A stretch of 64,000 bases of DNA from an uncultured Gemmatimonadales bacterium. Lineage in GTDB: Bacteria; Gemmatimonadota; Glassbacteria; GWA2-58-10. The position numbers were made by a program, and so were the translations under genes. The stretch covers positions 13,149 through 77,148 of the forward strand of contig CAZJQI010000004.1 of the NCBI GenBank assembly GCA_964548275.1. The letters run 5' to 3'. The notes below the pieces were generated by a model that ran no database searches, was not told the DNA's origin, and saw nothing but the letters and a program-made list of their open reading frames with translations. This document shows positions 50,717 through 61,048 of the stretch, piece after piece (within the stretch, counting starts at the first letter, position 1; each line of letters begins with the position of its first letter).

Positions 50717-51077
50717 TTGTAAAAAGGGAGCGAATTTTTCAAGATTGATTTGTGATTACAATCACCCGGTATTCTGGATAAATACCATTCCGGAGAATGT
50801 TTGCTTAATGAATTAAACAATGTCTATTTTCCCGACTTTGAAATCAGAGATTTGGCAGGTAAAGTTTGCGTATTCGTAACTTCTTTTGATTTCAATAAAT
50901 TATAGTTTTGTGTAATCAGAAATCAAATAGTCGATGTGCCATTTAGCATGGTAAGAAATGTTCTCATTGATAAATAATAAAGTTGGAACAGATTATCATA
51001 GTTGAAGATAAAAATTGACAAACGTGAGTTTAGCATTAGATTTAAAGCGTTCAATTTAGACTAAAAACAGTTTGTGC

Positions 51078-51154
51078 GGGGTCGTAGTTCAGATGGTTAG
51101 AACGCCGGCCTGTCAAGCCGGAGGTCGCGAGTTCGAGTCTCGTCGGCCCCGCCA
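51078..51154 (+). tRNA. tRNA-Asp (anticodon GUC)
   Basis: Cloverleaf with anticodon loop CTGTCAA. It is highly similar to E. coli tRNA-Asp. CCA is encoded. Confidence 0.9.
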
Positions 51155-52050
51155 TTAATATCAAGGGTTTGCTGGAAACGGCAGGCCCTTTTTTATTTTA
51201 AATAATCTTTATCCCCAACACTATCCCCAACAGATTTTATGGATTCTGAGGTAAAAACAGGGGAAAAATCTTTTCCACTTTTGGACTTTTTTACTCACTA
51301 TACCAGAATGCAAGACGAGAAAACTGTAGCAAAATAATCCTGCTACGATGAAAGTTTAAAAGTGGTACCATCGGCACTGGTTTTAGTTATTTACATGAAC
51401 GATCCCCAGAAGTCCTCTCCGTAAAGAAGGACATGTCCAGGCAACTTTCTTATATGGCTCTTCATGTGGATATGGTGACAAGAGGTTCCTAAAACGAGGA
51501 TGATGTCCTGTTGGTCGAACGCAGCAATCCTAAGGTCAGGCTGCTGCGCTTTGCCTTGAGGCGAGCCAAGTAGAACCGGCAAGCGAAGGATGAACCGCTT
51601 TCAACCTCTTTTTAAGGTTTCTTGATTTATCGGTAAAATGCATTAAGTTTAAAACTGATGCATCTATTCTTCCAAGTACGTAGCCGCACGAGACTGGTAT
51701 TGCACTTAATGAAACCGACATCCGCTGCAACTGATTGATCTGGTTATAAACGCCACAGGCTGAAAGTTTTAAAACAGAGGTGCGGAAAAAAGATTGGCTA
51801 CCTCTGGAAATTATGTAAGGAAAAAATCAACGAATGATTAAAAACAGCGTTTCAAGGAGACCTTTGGAAATTCAGGGAAAAAGAAGTTTATGAATGGATA
51901 AAGTCGGACGGGGCCGAAGATTTAGGTAACATGGATTCATAGAACAATTGAAGGGCCAGTAAGATGGCACAAAAAAGTCAGATCTGACACAGACAAAGAC
52001 TCAGGGAGCGTTTCCTTCGAGCAGATGATTCTTCCCGTTCGGAAATTGCA

Positions 52051-52302
52051 TTGCTTGAGCTGCTCTTGACTTATTCAATACCTCAGAAAGATGTAGAACC
52101 CCTCGCAAGGCATTTAATTTCCGAGTTTGGAAGCCTCTCAGCCGTCTTGGAGACACCCTATGAAACACTCTGCAAAGTCGAGGGAATCAAGTTAAATAGC
52201 GCAGTTCTTCTCAAACTTGTAAACTGTGTATCCCTTCAGAACATGTTGGACACTTTTAGCCCTTTAACTAAGAGACAGTTTATCCGGATGAGATCAGACT
52301 GA
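52051..52302 (+). pseudogene. radC: RadC N-terminal (HhH) fragment, lacking the JAB/MPN domain
   Basis: SEIALLELLLTYSIPQKDVEPLARHLISEFGSLSAVLETPYETLCKVEGIKLNSAVLLKLV matches the RadC N-terminal region. There is no in-frame ATG (TTG start). It stops after about 83 codons. Confidence 0.5.
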
Positions 52303-52566
52303 TAACCTACGTTCGGCTACGCCTTCACTCCGGTTATCAGTCTGGGCATGGCTCCAGGATACAGTGTAAAAGGCCTTGCCCTGCCGGCCGCCGTAGTGAA
52401 GAAGCTTTACTATGAGAATGCCCTCCGGTGGTTTCCGGGGCTATTGCGGTGAGGCGACTTCAAAGAAGATTCAAACCGTTTATCGCTGCTCTGTTTCAGA
52501 TATCAAATGTTGGTTCTGAAATAATACATCATATCCTTGAACGTTAACCTGATTGGGAGGTTGGTA

Positions 52567-53820
52567 ATGGGAGTTCTGGCGATTACAGGCGGCAAGCCTC
52601 TGTCGAAAAATGGATATAAAATCAAATGGCCAATTGTAACTGAAGCGGACGTAAAGGCGGCGGAGCGTGTGGCCAGAAGTGGCGCATGGTGGCGTTATGA
52701 TGGTAAGGAAGTTGAGAAGTTCGAACAGGAGTTCGCCAGGTACCATGACGCCCGTTACGCCCTCGGCGTATCCAACGGCACGGTGGCAATTGAAATTGCC
52801 CTTCGCGCCTGCGGGATCGAAGCTGGAGACGAGGTGATCGTGCCCGCTGTAACTTTCATCGCCTCGGCCTCGGCGGTACTGATGACCCAGGCGATCCCGG
52901 TTTTCGCCGATATCTTGGAAGACACCTGCCAGATCGACCCGGCGGATATCGAAAGCAAGATAACTCCGCGGACGAAAGCGATAGTGATGGTTCACTACGG
53001 CGGTTACCCGGTGGACATGGATGCCATCATGAAGATTGCGCGCAAACACAAGATCAGAGTCATCGAAGACTGTGCACACGCCCAGGGGTCTGAATGGAAA
53101 GGACGAAAAGTAGGAGCTATCGGTGATATCGGTACATTCAGCTTTCAGCAATCGAAATCGCTTACCTGCGGAGAAGGGGGCGCAGTAGTTACGAACTCCG
53201 AGGAACTGTACAACAAGGCTTACGCCTACCATCACATCGGCCGATCCCTGGGCAGCGAAAAATACGAGCACACGATCGTGGGGCCCAATTATAGGATTAC
53301 CGAGTTTCAGGGGGCGATCCTAAGGACTCAGCTGCGCAAACACTCGGCTCAAACCGAAAGACGGATGCGTAACGGCGATATCCTTTCCCGTCAAATAGAA
53401 GATATCCCGGGACTCTATCCTCTGAAGAAAGACGCCAGGGTCACCCGGCGCGGTTACTATTTTTATATCTTGCGTTTCAAGGAGCAGGAGTTCGGTATCA
53501 GCCGCGAGCTTTTTCTGGCGGCGATAGCAGCCGAGGGCGCTCCTCTGGTAAAAGGTTACGATATGCCTGTCTATCAGTTGCCGGCTTTCAGGGAGATGAG
53601 TTTCGGGCGTACGGGCTGCCCTCTGACCTGTGGCCATTACGGCGGGGATATGAATTACGCTGAAGTCGTTTGTCCGATCGCCGAAGAAGTCAGCCGGAAA
53701 CAACATATAACTATTCTCAACGATATTCTCCTGCAGGAAAGCAACATTCGCCTGATCGCCAGTGCAGCGCAAAAAGTATACGCTAACCGTACTGAACTGG
53801 CTGCGTTCGATAATCAGTAA
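52567..53820 (+). CDS. DegT/DnrJ/EryC1/StrS-family PLP-dependent sugar aminotransferase
   Basis: Start at MGVLAITGG after a gggagg RBS. Characteristic motifs ALGVSNGTVAIEIAL and FSFQQSKSLTCGEGG. Confidence 0.85.
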   Translation: MGVLAITGGKPLSKNGYKIKWPIVTEADVKAAERVARSGAWWRYDGKEVEKFEQEFARYHDARYALGVSNGTVAIEIALRACGIEAGDEVIVPAVTFIASASAVLMTQAIPVFADILEDTCQIDPADIESKITPRTKAIVMVHYGGYPVDMDAIMKIARKHKIRVIEDCAHAQGSEWKGRKVGAIGDIGTFSFQQSKSLTCGEGGAVVTNSEELYNKAYAYHHIGRSLGSEKYEHTIVGPNYRITEFQGAILRTQLRKHSAQTERRMRNGDILSRQIEDIPGLYPLKKDARVTRRGYYFYILRFKEQEFGISRELFLAAIAAEGAPLVKGYDMPVYQLPAFREMSFGRTGCPLTCGHYGGDMNYAEVVCPIAEEVSRKQHITILNDILLQESNIRLIASAAQKVYANRTELAAFDNQ

Positions 53821-53830
53821 ATAAGGAGAT

Positions 53831-54091
53831 ATGATGAATAGTATCCGGAGAAGGCAATTTGTGGCTGGTTCTCTCAGCTTAGGAACTGCCCTTACCGGGA
53901 CACAGTTGTTGGGGCAAAATAGTACTGAGAAAGCTTTGCCGAATTCGACAACTGGAAAGAATGACAAATGGTTTACCCGTGGGATGGAGAAAATGACCAG
54001 CCGCGAGGTTGAATTTTATCTGAAAGATGGAGGCGGCCTTGTCTTTATTCCCTTCGGGCCGGTAAGCGGCCATGGTGCATTCATCCATTAG
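53831..54091 (+). pseudogene. Short ORF with a twin-arginine signal plus a creatininase-family N-terminal motif, probably a gene fragment
   Basis: RRRQFVAGSLSLG is a Tat motif. VFIPFGPVSGHGAFIH resembles the creatininase/MftE motif (hhlPhGs.EqHGpHLP). Stop after 86 aa. Confidence 0.3.
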
Positions 54092-54153
54092 TTTGAATAG
54101 AAAATAATTATGTCGTCCCCTGAGTCACATTCAACCTTTAATCCGAGGCGTAT

Positions 54154-55005
54154 ATGAGAAAATCGAAATTTGCCCCCCTTGTTCTGTGCCTTGCGTTCCT
54201 GGGCATGGCTTCATTCCGGCCGGTGCAGGCGGCGGACGAAGGAGTTTTCCACTGGCCCGGCTCCGCCAGGGCGGCGGTCTGCATAACCTACGATGACGCG
54301 ATCGACCAGCATCTGGACAACGCAGCACCCGATCTCGAAAGCGTGGGCCTGCGAGGCACATTCTACGTGCAGGGGTCTTCCTCCAGCCTGGCGGCGCGCA
54401 TCGAAGACTGGCGTGCTCTGGCCGCTCGGGGCCACGAACTTGGCAACCACTCGCTGTTCCATCCCTGTATCCGGCAGCGTGCCGACGGCACCGAGTACGA
54501 TTGGGTACTTCCCGAATATGACATGGGCTTGTACTCCGTCCGCCAGATGATCGCGGAGATTCGTGTTTGCAACACGCTTCTTACCGCGGTGGACGGCCGC
54601 ACCAGGCGCACTTACGGCGCCCCCTGCGGCGATTGCGAGGCGGGCGGGATCTCGTACATAGACAGCCTGCCCAAGCTCTTCACCGCGCTCCGCATCGGCG
54701 GGGGCAAGGCGCCGGAAAACATGCGCAGCGTGGAACTTGGCTGCGTGACGGTGCCGGTGCAGTCCGCCACCGGCAAGAACTTGCAGCAGCTTATACAGAT
54801 CGTCGAGGATGCCGCCGCAAAAGGGACCATAGCGGTGCTGTGTTTCCACGGCGTGGGAGGCGGCCACGCCACCAACACGCCGCGTGAGGTCCATCGTGGG
54901 CTGATCGAATACCTGAACGCGCATCGCGACCGCTTCTGGACGGACACATTCATTAATGTGACCGACCACATCCGCGCCGAGCGTAAACGTCTTGGCTGGG
55001 ATTAG
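54154..55005 (+). CDS. Secreted polysaccharide deacetylase (NodB homology, CE4)
   Basis: Signal peptide. Motifs CITYDDA, HEL and LFHPC. GC about 62%. Confidence 0.7.
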   Translation: MRKSKFAPLVLCLAFLGMASFRPVQAADEGVFHWPGSARAAVCITYDDAIDQHLDNAAPDLESVGLRGTFYVQGSSSSLAARIEDWRALAARGHELGNHSLFHPCIRQRADGTEYDWVLPEYDMGLYSVRQMIAEIRVCNTLLTAVDGRTRRTYGAPCGDCEAGGISYIDSLPKLFTALRIGGGKAPENMRSVELGCVTVPVQSATGKNLQQLIQIVEDAAAKGTIAVLCFHGVGGGHATNTPREVHRGLIEYLNAHRDRFWTDTFINVTDHIRAERKRLGWD

Positions 55006-55190
55006 CCAGGCCGCCCTGACAACCCCGGCGTGACACAAGAAAGCGGGCACGGAGTACGAAAGCTCCCGGATTAATCGGACTCCTGAATTCTGCTTGCCAG
55101 ACGGTTTGTTTTGCGCAATTACATTCTTGATTTTCGTATAATAATAACTTTCAAACGCCCTTTTTCACCCGTTAACCAGAGGAGTCCTGA

Positions 55191-56966
55191 ATGTTATCAC
55201 GCAAGATGCTTTCTGCAATTCTTGCCGCAGTGGTTCTTACCTTCTCTCTCTGTTTCGGCCAGGACCCGTTTTTTATCAAGGACGGGGACGAGGTCCTCGT
55301 CTGGGGCAACAGCATCACCGATGACGGTATCTACCCCCGCCTCATTGAAAATTACGTGCTCACCCACTACCCGGATTGGAAAGTAACCTTTTTCAACCTT
55401 GGCTGGGGTGGAGACCAAACTAGAAATGTCGGCCGCCTGCGCCGGGATATCCAGCTCTGCAAGCCGACCAAGGTCGCCGTGATGCTGGGCATGAACGACG
55501 GCGAGTACAAGCCTTTCGACCAGAAAATGCTGGAGGTTTACCTCCAGGGCATGAAAGACGAGATAGAGCTGATGCAGGCGCACTCCAACCCCCAGGTCAT
55601 GCTCATCTCGGCCACACCCTGGGAGTTCAGGTGCACTCCGCAGATTCCTGCGGGCAAGGTCGATGATTTCTCCGAGTTCAAGCTGCTTTTCTACCCCCAG
55701 ACCCTGCGCCGGCTCTCCTCCGAGCTGGGCAGTTTCGCCGACCGCGAGGGGCACAAGTTCTGCGATCTCAACATGGCCTCGCAGGTGACGATTGACGCGA
55801 TCGATGAATACGACGGAAATTTCATGTTCACCGCGGAGGGAGTGCATCCCAATATTGATGGCCAACTGCAGCTGGGACTCAAGATTCTGGAGAGCATGCA
55901 GGCCCCGAGCCTGGTTGCCGAGCTGGAGATATGCGCTAAAAGCGGCAAAGTCCTCTCCCAGCAAGACTGCTCCGTGGAGGGCGTTTCCAAGACAGCCGCC
56001 GGTATCGTTTTCAACAGGAAAGCCGCCCGGCTGCCTCTGCCTATTTATCCCTCCACGAGGAAGCTCATGAAAGAGGTGCTGGGCTACCCGGACAACTGGG
56101 ACCGTGACATGATCACGGTGAAAAACCTGGAGCCGGGCTGGTACAAGCTGGCTATCGACGGGAAGGAGATAGACATCCTGAGCCACAGCCAGTTTGCCCA
56201 GGGAGTGAATCTTTCCCGCTATGCCAAAACGCCGCAGATGATCCAGGCCTACCAGGTTTTCGAGCAGACGGAGATCCGCCAGGACGCTTTTTACGCCAAA
56301 TGGCGCCGGGTACTCCTGGGGGGAGTGCCTCGCCGTCTCCCCAGCGATTTTACTCCATTTAAGACGGACGTGTCCACGGATTCTCTGGAGCGCGTGGAAA
56401 AGAGAGCATTCGAGGCCCAGCACAAGCTGAACAAGCCCCGGGCACACCGCTACGAAATAAGTCAGGTTCAGAATCCGGCCCAGGAAACCGGGCAAAAAAT
56501 TAGGGCTGACAAGTTCCTGGAGAACATGATCCGGGTCTCGGTCAGCGTGGACTCCCGCACTCTGCCAGTTTTTGAGCCGCCACTCTGCATTCGCGGCAAT
56601 TTCACCTACTCCCCCCAGTACAGGTGGGGGATTATCGAATTCAAGCGCTATTATACGGATATCCCGGTAGTGCTCTATGATGACGGTACTCACGGGGATG
56701 CGCTGGCCGGGGACGGGGTCTGGTCGGTGGAGATGTTTTTCAGGAAGGATGCGGGGAGGCTCCGTTTCATCGTACGTGACGGCAGCTTTTTAAAGGGCTA
56801 CTGGAATCAACTCCACCCGGAGTCTTTCAACAACTCCTGGTGTGAGTCGCTTACCAAAGCCTGGGGCGAGATTCAGGGTGTCTCCCTGGACAAAGACATC
56901 GAGCTTAAATGGGACATGAAGATGTTCGAGAAAGCCCTGGCCGCCGGGAAAATCTACCAACCGTGA
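55191..56966 (+). CDS. Secreted SGNH/GDSL hydrolase with a large C-terminal extension
   Basis: Signal peptide. VWGNSITDDG is block I with catalytic Ser, followed by GWGGD and a DxxH region. 591 aa. Confidence 0.7.
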   Translation: MLSRKMLSAILAAVVLTFSLCFGQDPFFIKDGDEVLVWGNSITDDGIYPRLIENYVLTHYPDWKVTFFNLGWGGDQTRNVGRLRRDIQLCKPTKVAVMLGMNDGEYKPFDQKMLEVYLQGMKDEIELMQAHSNPQVMLISATPWEFRCTPQIPAGKVDDFSEFKLLFYPQTLRRLSSELGSFADREGHKFCDLNMASQVTIDAIDEYDGNFMFTAEGVHPNIDGQLQLGLKILESMQAPSLVAELEICAKSGKVLSQQDCSVEGVSKTAAGIVFNRKAARLPLPIYPSTRKLMKEVLGYPDNWDRDMITVKNLEPGWYKLAIDGKEIDILSHSQFAQGVNLSRYAKTPQMIQAYQVFEQTEIRQDAFYAKWRRVLLGGVPRRLPSDFTPFKTDVSTDSLERVEKRAFEAQHKLNKPRAHRYEISQVQNPAQETGQKIRADKFLENMIRVSVSVDSRTLPVFEPPLCIRGNFTYSPQYRWGIIEFKRYYTDIPVVLYDDGTHGDALAGDGVWSVEMFFRKDAGRLRFIVRDGSFLKGYWNQLHPESFNNSWCESLTKAWGEIQGVSLDKDIELKWDMKMFEKALAAGKIYQP

Positions 56967-57141
56967 ATCTTGTTGGAGTTATCGAGAGGAGGGGGCTGCA
57001 AAGCCCCCTCCTCTCACACTACTGTATGTACGGTTCCGCATGCGGCGGTTCGTGAATACGGGTTAATATTTCATCAAGCGGATAGTGCCTATCCAGTTAC
57101 AACGGTGCGTTTTCTGTTTCACTGCCTTGGGAGGAATAGCA

Positions 57142-58512
57142 ATGCGTTTCTTGATAATCTTTGTCTTCTTGATGGCTATCATAAATAACAAATCCCTTTG
57201 GGCCCTCGAAGCCGGAGCCGCCAGGATGGAAATCACTCCGGAGGTCGGTTTGCACATGATGGGATTCGGGGGGAGGATTGCCCGGGATGTACTGGATCCG
57301 CTAAACGTCCGGACCGTGGTTTTCCGGTCATCCGGCGGGAGTGTTGCCCTGGTGGTTTACGACCTGCTGTTCCCGTTCGAGGAACAAATCGGCGGGAAGA
57401 TCAGTCAGCTTATCCGGGAACGGACAGGCGTGGAGCAGGTTATTTTTAGCGCTACTCATACCCACTCCGGTCCGGAGATACATTGGGATACCCCGCTGGC
57501 TGAGGGTGAAGATTTGAGCGATCTGCCGGAGTTCGAGCAGAAGATTATTGCTAAAACAGTTGAGACGGTTGCCATGGCTTGCGGCAGATTGCAGCCGGTT
57601 AAACTGGGCGCAGGTTGGGGAAAGGCGGACGTTTCCTACAACAGGCTGGAGAAGTTGACCGATGGCGGCGTTAGCATGAAATGGGCCAACCACGAAAAGA
57701 TTCCCATGGGCCCTGTGGACCAGACACTCGGAGTGATCCGGATCGATGATCTGAACGGGCAACCGCTGGCGATCCTGGTCAATTATGCCTGCCACCCCGT
57801 CATCCACGGCAAACCGGATGCAAATCTGATGTATTCGGCGGATTTTCCAGGGGTGCTTTGCCAAAAGGTGAACGAGCGTCTGCCGGGAGGCCCGGAATGC
57901 ATCTTTTTCAATGGCGCCTGTGGAAATATCAACCCTTACTATGCACACTCGGTGGATAACCCGAAGCCTCGCCTGGAAGAGGTCGGAGGAGTACTGGCTG
58001 ATGAAGTGGAGAGGGTGGCAAATGGGATAGCGACCAGGGCATATCCGGATGCCCGGGTACAGAGCAGGATTGAACATCTCGCCACCACCGGCAGATGGGA
58101 CGCCGGGAAGCTGGTGGACGTGAGCGAGGATACTGTGCAGGCAAAAACAAGAGCCGCGCGGATCGAAAAAAGGCAACGAGATCTGAACCTGCCGCTCAGT
58201 ATCGTTCTGATAACTCCCGAAATAGGTTTTGTCGGTCTCCCCGGAGAGTTCTTCTGGGAGTTCCAGAATCGGCTCCGTACCCAGGCCCCGGTCGATTTCC
58301 TGTTCGTTACCGGCTACTCCAACGGAAGCCACGGTTACTTCCCCACCATCGAAGCTGGGGCGACAGGCGGCTATGGAGCCAACGACGAGGCTGTCTACAC
58401 CGCGGCTGGCGCTGGAGAACATCTTGTGGTCGAAGCGCTCGTGGGTTTGAACGAAATGCTCGGCAAGCTCAGGGATGTACCTTCCAGTGGCGATTTTGAT
58501 TACATGCGCTGA
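57142..58512 (+). CDS. Neutral/alkaline ceramidase-like hydrolase
   Basis: Start at MRFLIIFVFL after ggagg. ARMEITPEVGLHMMGFGGRIARDVLDPLNVRTVVF resembles the Ceramidase_alk N-terminus. Confidence 0.6.
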   Translation: MRFLIIFVFLMAIINNKSLWALEAGAARMEITPEVGLHMMGFGGRIARDVLDPLNVRTVVFRSSGGSVALVVYDLLFPFEEQIGGKISQLIRERTGVEQVIFSATHTHSGPEIHWDTPLAEGEDLSDLPEFEQKIIAKTVETVAMACGRLQPVKLGAGWGKADVSYNRLEKLTDGGVSMKWANHEKIPMGPVDQTLGVIRIDDLNGQPLAILVNYACHPVIHGKPDANLMYSADFPGVLCQKVNERLPGGPECIFFNGACGNINPYYAHSVDNPKPRLEEVGGVLADEVERVANGIATRAYPDARVQSRIEHLATTGRWDAGKLVDVSEDTVQAKTRAARIEKRQRDLNLPLSIVLITPEIGFVGLPGEFFWEFQNRLRTQAPVDFLFVTGYSNGSHGYFPTIEAGATGGYGANDEAVYTAAGAGEHLVVEALVGLNEMLGKLRDVPSSGDFDYMR

Positions 58513-58549
58513 ACGAGCTGTTTTTTACAATATCAGCCGGGATCATTAA

Positions 58550-60892
58550 ATGCTAAAACAGAAAATGCCATCTCCATTGATAGTTTCCGCCGCTGCATCG
58601 CTGTTATTCGTCGCATCTCTTTGCGGCAGCGCTGTATCAGGGGAGCCGCTATATCTTGATCCTGAACAGCCGGTTGAAAACAGAGTGGAAGATTTGCTGG
58701 GCAGGATGACGTTGGAAGAAAAAGTAGGGCAGCTGAACTGGCCCTGCGTGTACGTTGGAGAACTCGGAAAAAGCATCGAAGATAAAATGCAGGGTTGCCG
58801 GAAATTTGTCGAGGGCAGTCTCGTCTCCGGCCTTGGCCCAGGCGGAGGTTTTTTCACCCTTGCCAACACAGTTCTCCATCAGGGGGCCAGACAACAGGCC
58901 GAATTCTTTAATGAACTACAGCGCATAGCGCTTGAAAAGACCCGGCTGAGAATACCTCTGATGCAGGTTGAGGAAGGCACCCACGGTTTGATGTGCTCCG
59001 GCGGCACGATTTTCCCCGAAGGGCTTGCCCTGGGCAGCACATGGAACATGGAGCTGGTGGAAAACATCTATGCCGCCGCCGCCAGTGAGGCCAGGGCCGT
59101 GGGCATCCATCAGCTGTTTACTCTCGTAGTCGAACCGAACATCGATCCCCGACTGGGCCGCAATCAGGAGGGTTACAGCGAGGACCCGTTCCTGTGCTCT
59201 GCCATTGCAGGTGCGATAGTCAGGGGTGCTCAGGGCGAGGGCGTTCCGGCCGACGGCAAGGTTGTGGCCGGGCTCTGCCACTATCCGGGACAGAGCGAGC
59301 CGGTAAGCGGGATGGAGCAGGGCGCGATGGAGATTTCCGAGCGCCGCCTTCGCGAGGTTTTTCTGCCACCCTGGGAGACTGGAATCAAGCGTTACGGAGC
59401 CCTGGGCGTTATGGCAACCTACCCCTCTATCGACGGTGTTCCGGTACATGCGTCCAGATTTCTGCTCACCGATATTCTGAGAAATGAGTTGGGATTCGAG
59501 GGGCTGGTGCTCAGCGAGGGTAATGGATTTGAAACATTAATCGTCCGTAGGGTGGCCGCCAACCAGAAACAGGCGGGAGCCCTGGCGATCATGGCCGGCG
59601 TGGATGTGGGTATCACTTTCGAGGATGCCTACATGCTGCCTCTGATCGAAAACGTGAAGGAAAATAAAGTGGCGCTCGAGGACTTGGATCGCTCTGTGAG
59701 GAGAGTCCTGCGCCTCAAGTTCGAGATGGGACTGTTCGAAAACCCGTTCGTCGATCCCGATACGGCAGAGGCTGTATCGCACAACCCCGGTCACAGGCAA
59801 CTGGCGCTGCAGGCCGCGCGCGAAGGGATAGTGCTGCTCAAAAACGAGGGGGGGCTGCTTCCTCTGAGTAAGGAGATAACATCCATTGCTGTTATCGGAC
59901 CCAATGCCGATGATGGCAGAAACCAGCTTGGCGACTACACCTCCCGCGTGATCCTCCAGGAGATAGTCACCGTAATCGAGGGGATAAAAAGGAAAGCTCC
60001 CGGCGCCGAAATCAGCTACGTCAAGGGCGTTGACGTGGTTGATCGCGGGTTGGACGAGATCGACCGGGCTGTCGAAGCGGCCCGCCGGGCCGAGGTGGCG
60101 ATAGTGGTTCTCGGAGAAAACGAGCGCTTCAAACCCGGAGGACTGGGCACCAACGGTGAGCATAAGGACGTAGCCAGCCTCGATCTGTCCGGCAGACAAC
60201 AGGAACTCGTCCGGGCGGTCCAAGCCACCGGTACTCCGACCGTAGTGGTGCTGATAAACGGCAGGCCCCTGTCGATCCGCTGGATTGCCGAGCACGTGCC
60301 GGCAATTGTCGAGCCTTGGATCTGTGGAGAAGAAGGCGGGAATGCCGTGGCCGACGTTCTGTTCGGCGACTATAACCCCAGCGGGTGCCTGCCGATTACG
60401 ATTCCTCGTAACGTGGGCCAGCTTCCGGCCTATTACAATTATAAACCATCGAAAGCCTGGAGCATTAAACAAAGGGGCTATGTGGACATGAGTTCCGAGC
60501 CGCTGTTCGAGTTCGGATTCGGACTCAGCTACACCAGTTTCGAATACAGCCACCTCGAGATCACCCCGCCTGTAACGAGCCCGGAGGGCAGTGTCAGGGT
60601 AAGCGTGAATGTAACAAACACCGGCCGCCTGAAAGGTGCGGAAGTTGTCCAGCTTTACTTGAATGACGCCATAAGTACCCTGGAGAGGCCGGTCAAGGAA
60701 CTCAAGGGCTTTAAGAAAGTAATCCTCGAGCCCGGCGAGGAAAAAGTGGTTTCGTTCGAACTGTCGCCCTATGATTTGTCCTTGATAAACGGCGACATGC
60801 AGCGGGTGGTCGAACCGGGGACTTTCAAGGTCATGGTCGGCTGCTCATCCAAGGACATCCGGCTGACAGGCAGTTTCGACGTTGAAGAATGA
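58550..60892 (+). CDS. bglX: Glycoside hydrolase family 3 beta-glucosidase (BglX-like, periplasmic)
   Basis: Signal peptide. GH3 N-domain with catalytic Asp (GLVLSEGNG), GH3 C-domain and a Fn3-like C-terminus. Confidence 0.9.
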   Translation: MLKQKMPSPLIVSAAASLLFVASLCGSAVSGEPLYLDPEQPVENRVEDLLGRMTLEEKVGQLNWPCVYVGELGKSIEDKMQGCRKFVEGSLVSGLGPGGGFFTLANTVLHQGARQQAEFFNELQRIALEKTRLRIPLMQVEEGTHGLMCSGGTIFPEGLALGSTWNMELVENIYAAAASEARAVGIHQLFTLVVEPNIDPRLGRNQEGYSEDPFLCSAIAGAIVRGAQGEGVPADGKVVAGLCHYPGQSEPVSGMEQGAMEISERRLREVFLPPWETGIKRYGALGVMATYPSIDGVPVHASRFLLTDILRNELGFEGLVLSEGNGFETLIVRRVAANQKQAGALAIMAGVDVGITFEDAYMLPLIENVKENKVALEDLDRSVRRVLRLKFEMGLFENPFVDPDTAEAVSHNPGHRQLALQAAREGIVLLKNEGGLLPLSKEITSIAVIGPNADDGRNQLGDYTSRVILQEIVTVIEGIKRKAPGAEISYVKGVDVVDRGLDEIDRAVEAARRAEVAIVVLGENERFKPGGLGTNGEHKDVASLDLSGRQQELVRAVQATGTPTVVVLINGRPLSIRWIAEHVPAIVEPWICGEEGGNAVADVLFGDYNPSGCLPITIPRNVGQLPAYYNYKPSKAWSIKQRGYVDMSSEPLFEFGFGLSYTSFEYSHLEITPPVTSPEGSVRVSVNVTNTGRLKGAEVVQLYLNDAISTLERPVKELKGFKKVILEPGEEKVVSFELSPYDLSLINGDMQRVVEPGTFKVMVGCSSKDIRLTGSFDVEE

Positions 60893-61048
60893 TATTCACG
60901 CAGCAGACCGGGTTCGATTTCTTGGAGGCGGTTGCAGGCCGGTATTGATGGGCTTTTTCCCCTGGATTTTAAAAACTCTGATTTATCCGGCCGAGTCTCA
61001 TTATCGAAAAAATCAGAAGTGCGACCATTTTACCGCGAGACAGCGACA

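Noticed and set aside
52480-53271. 263 aa minus-strand ORF inside the DegT-family gene
   Set aside because: Antisense to a clearly supported PLP aminotransferase.
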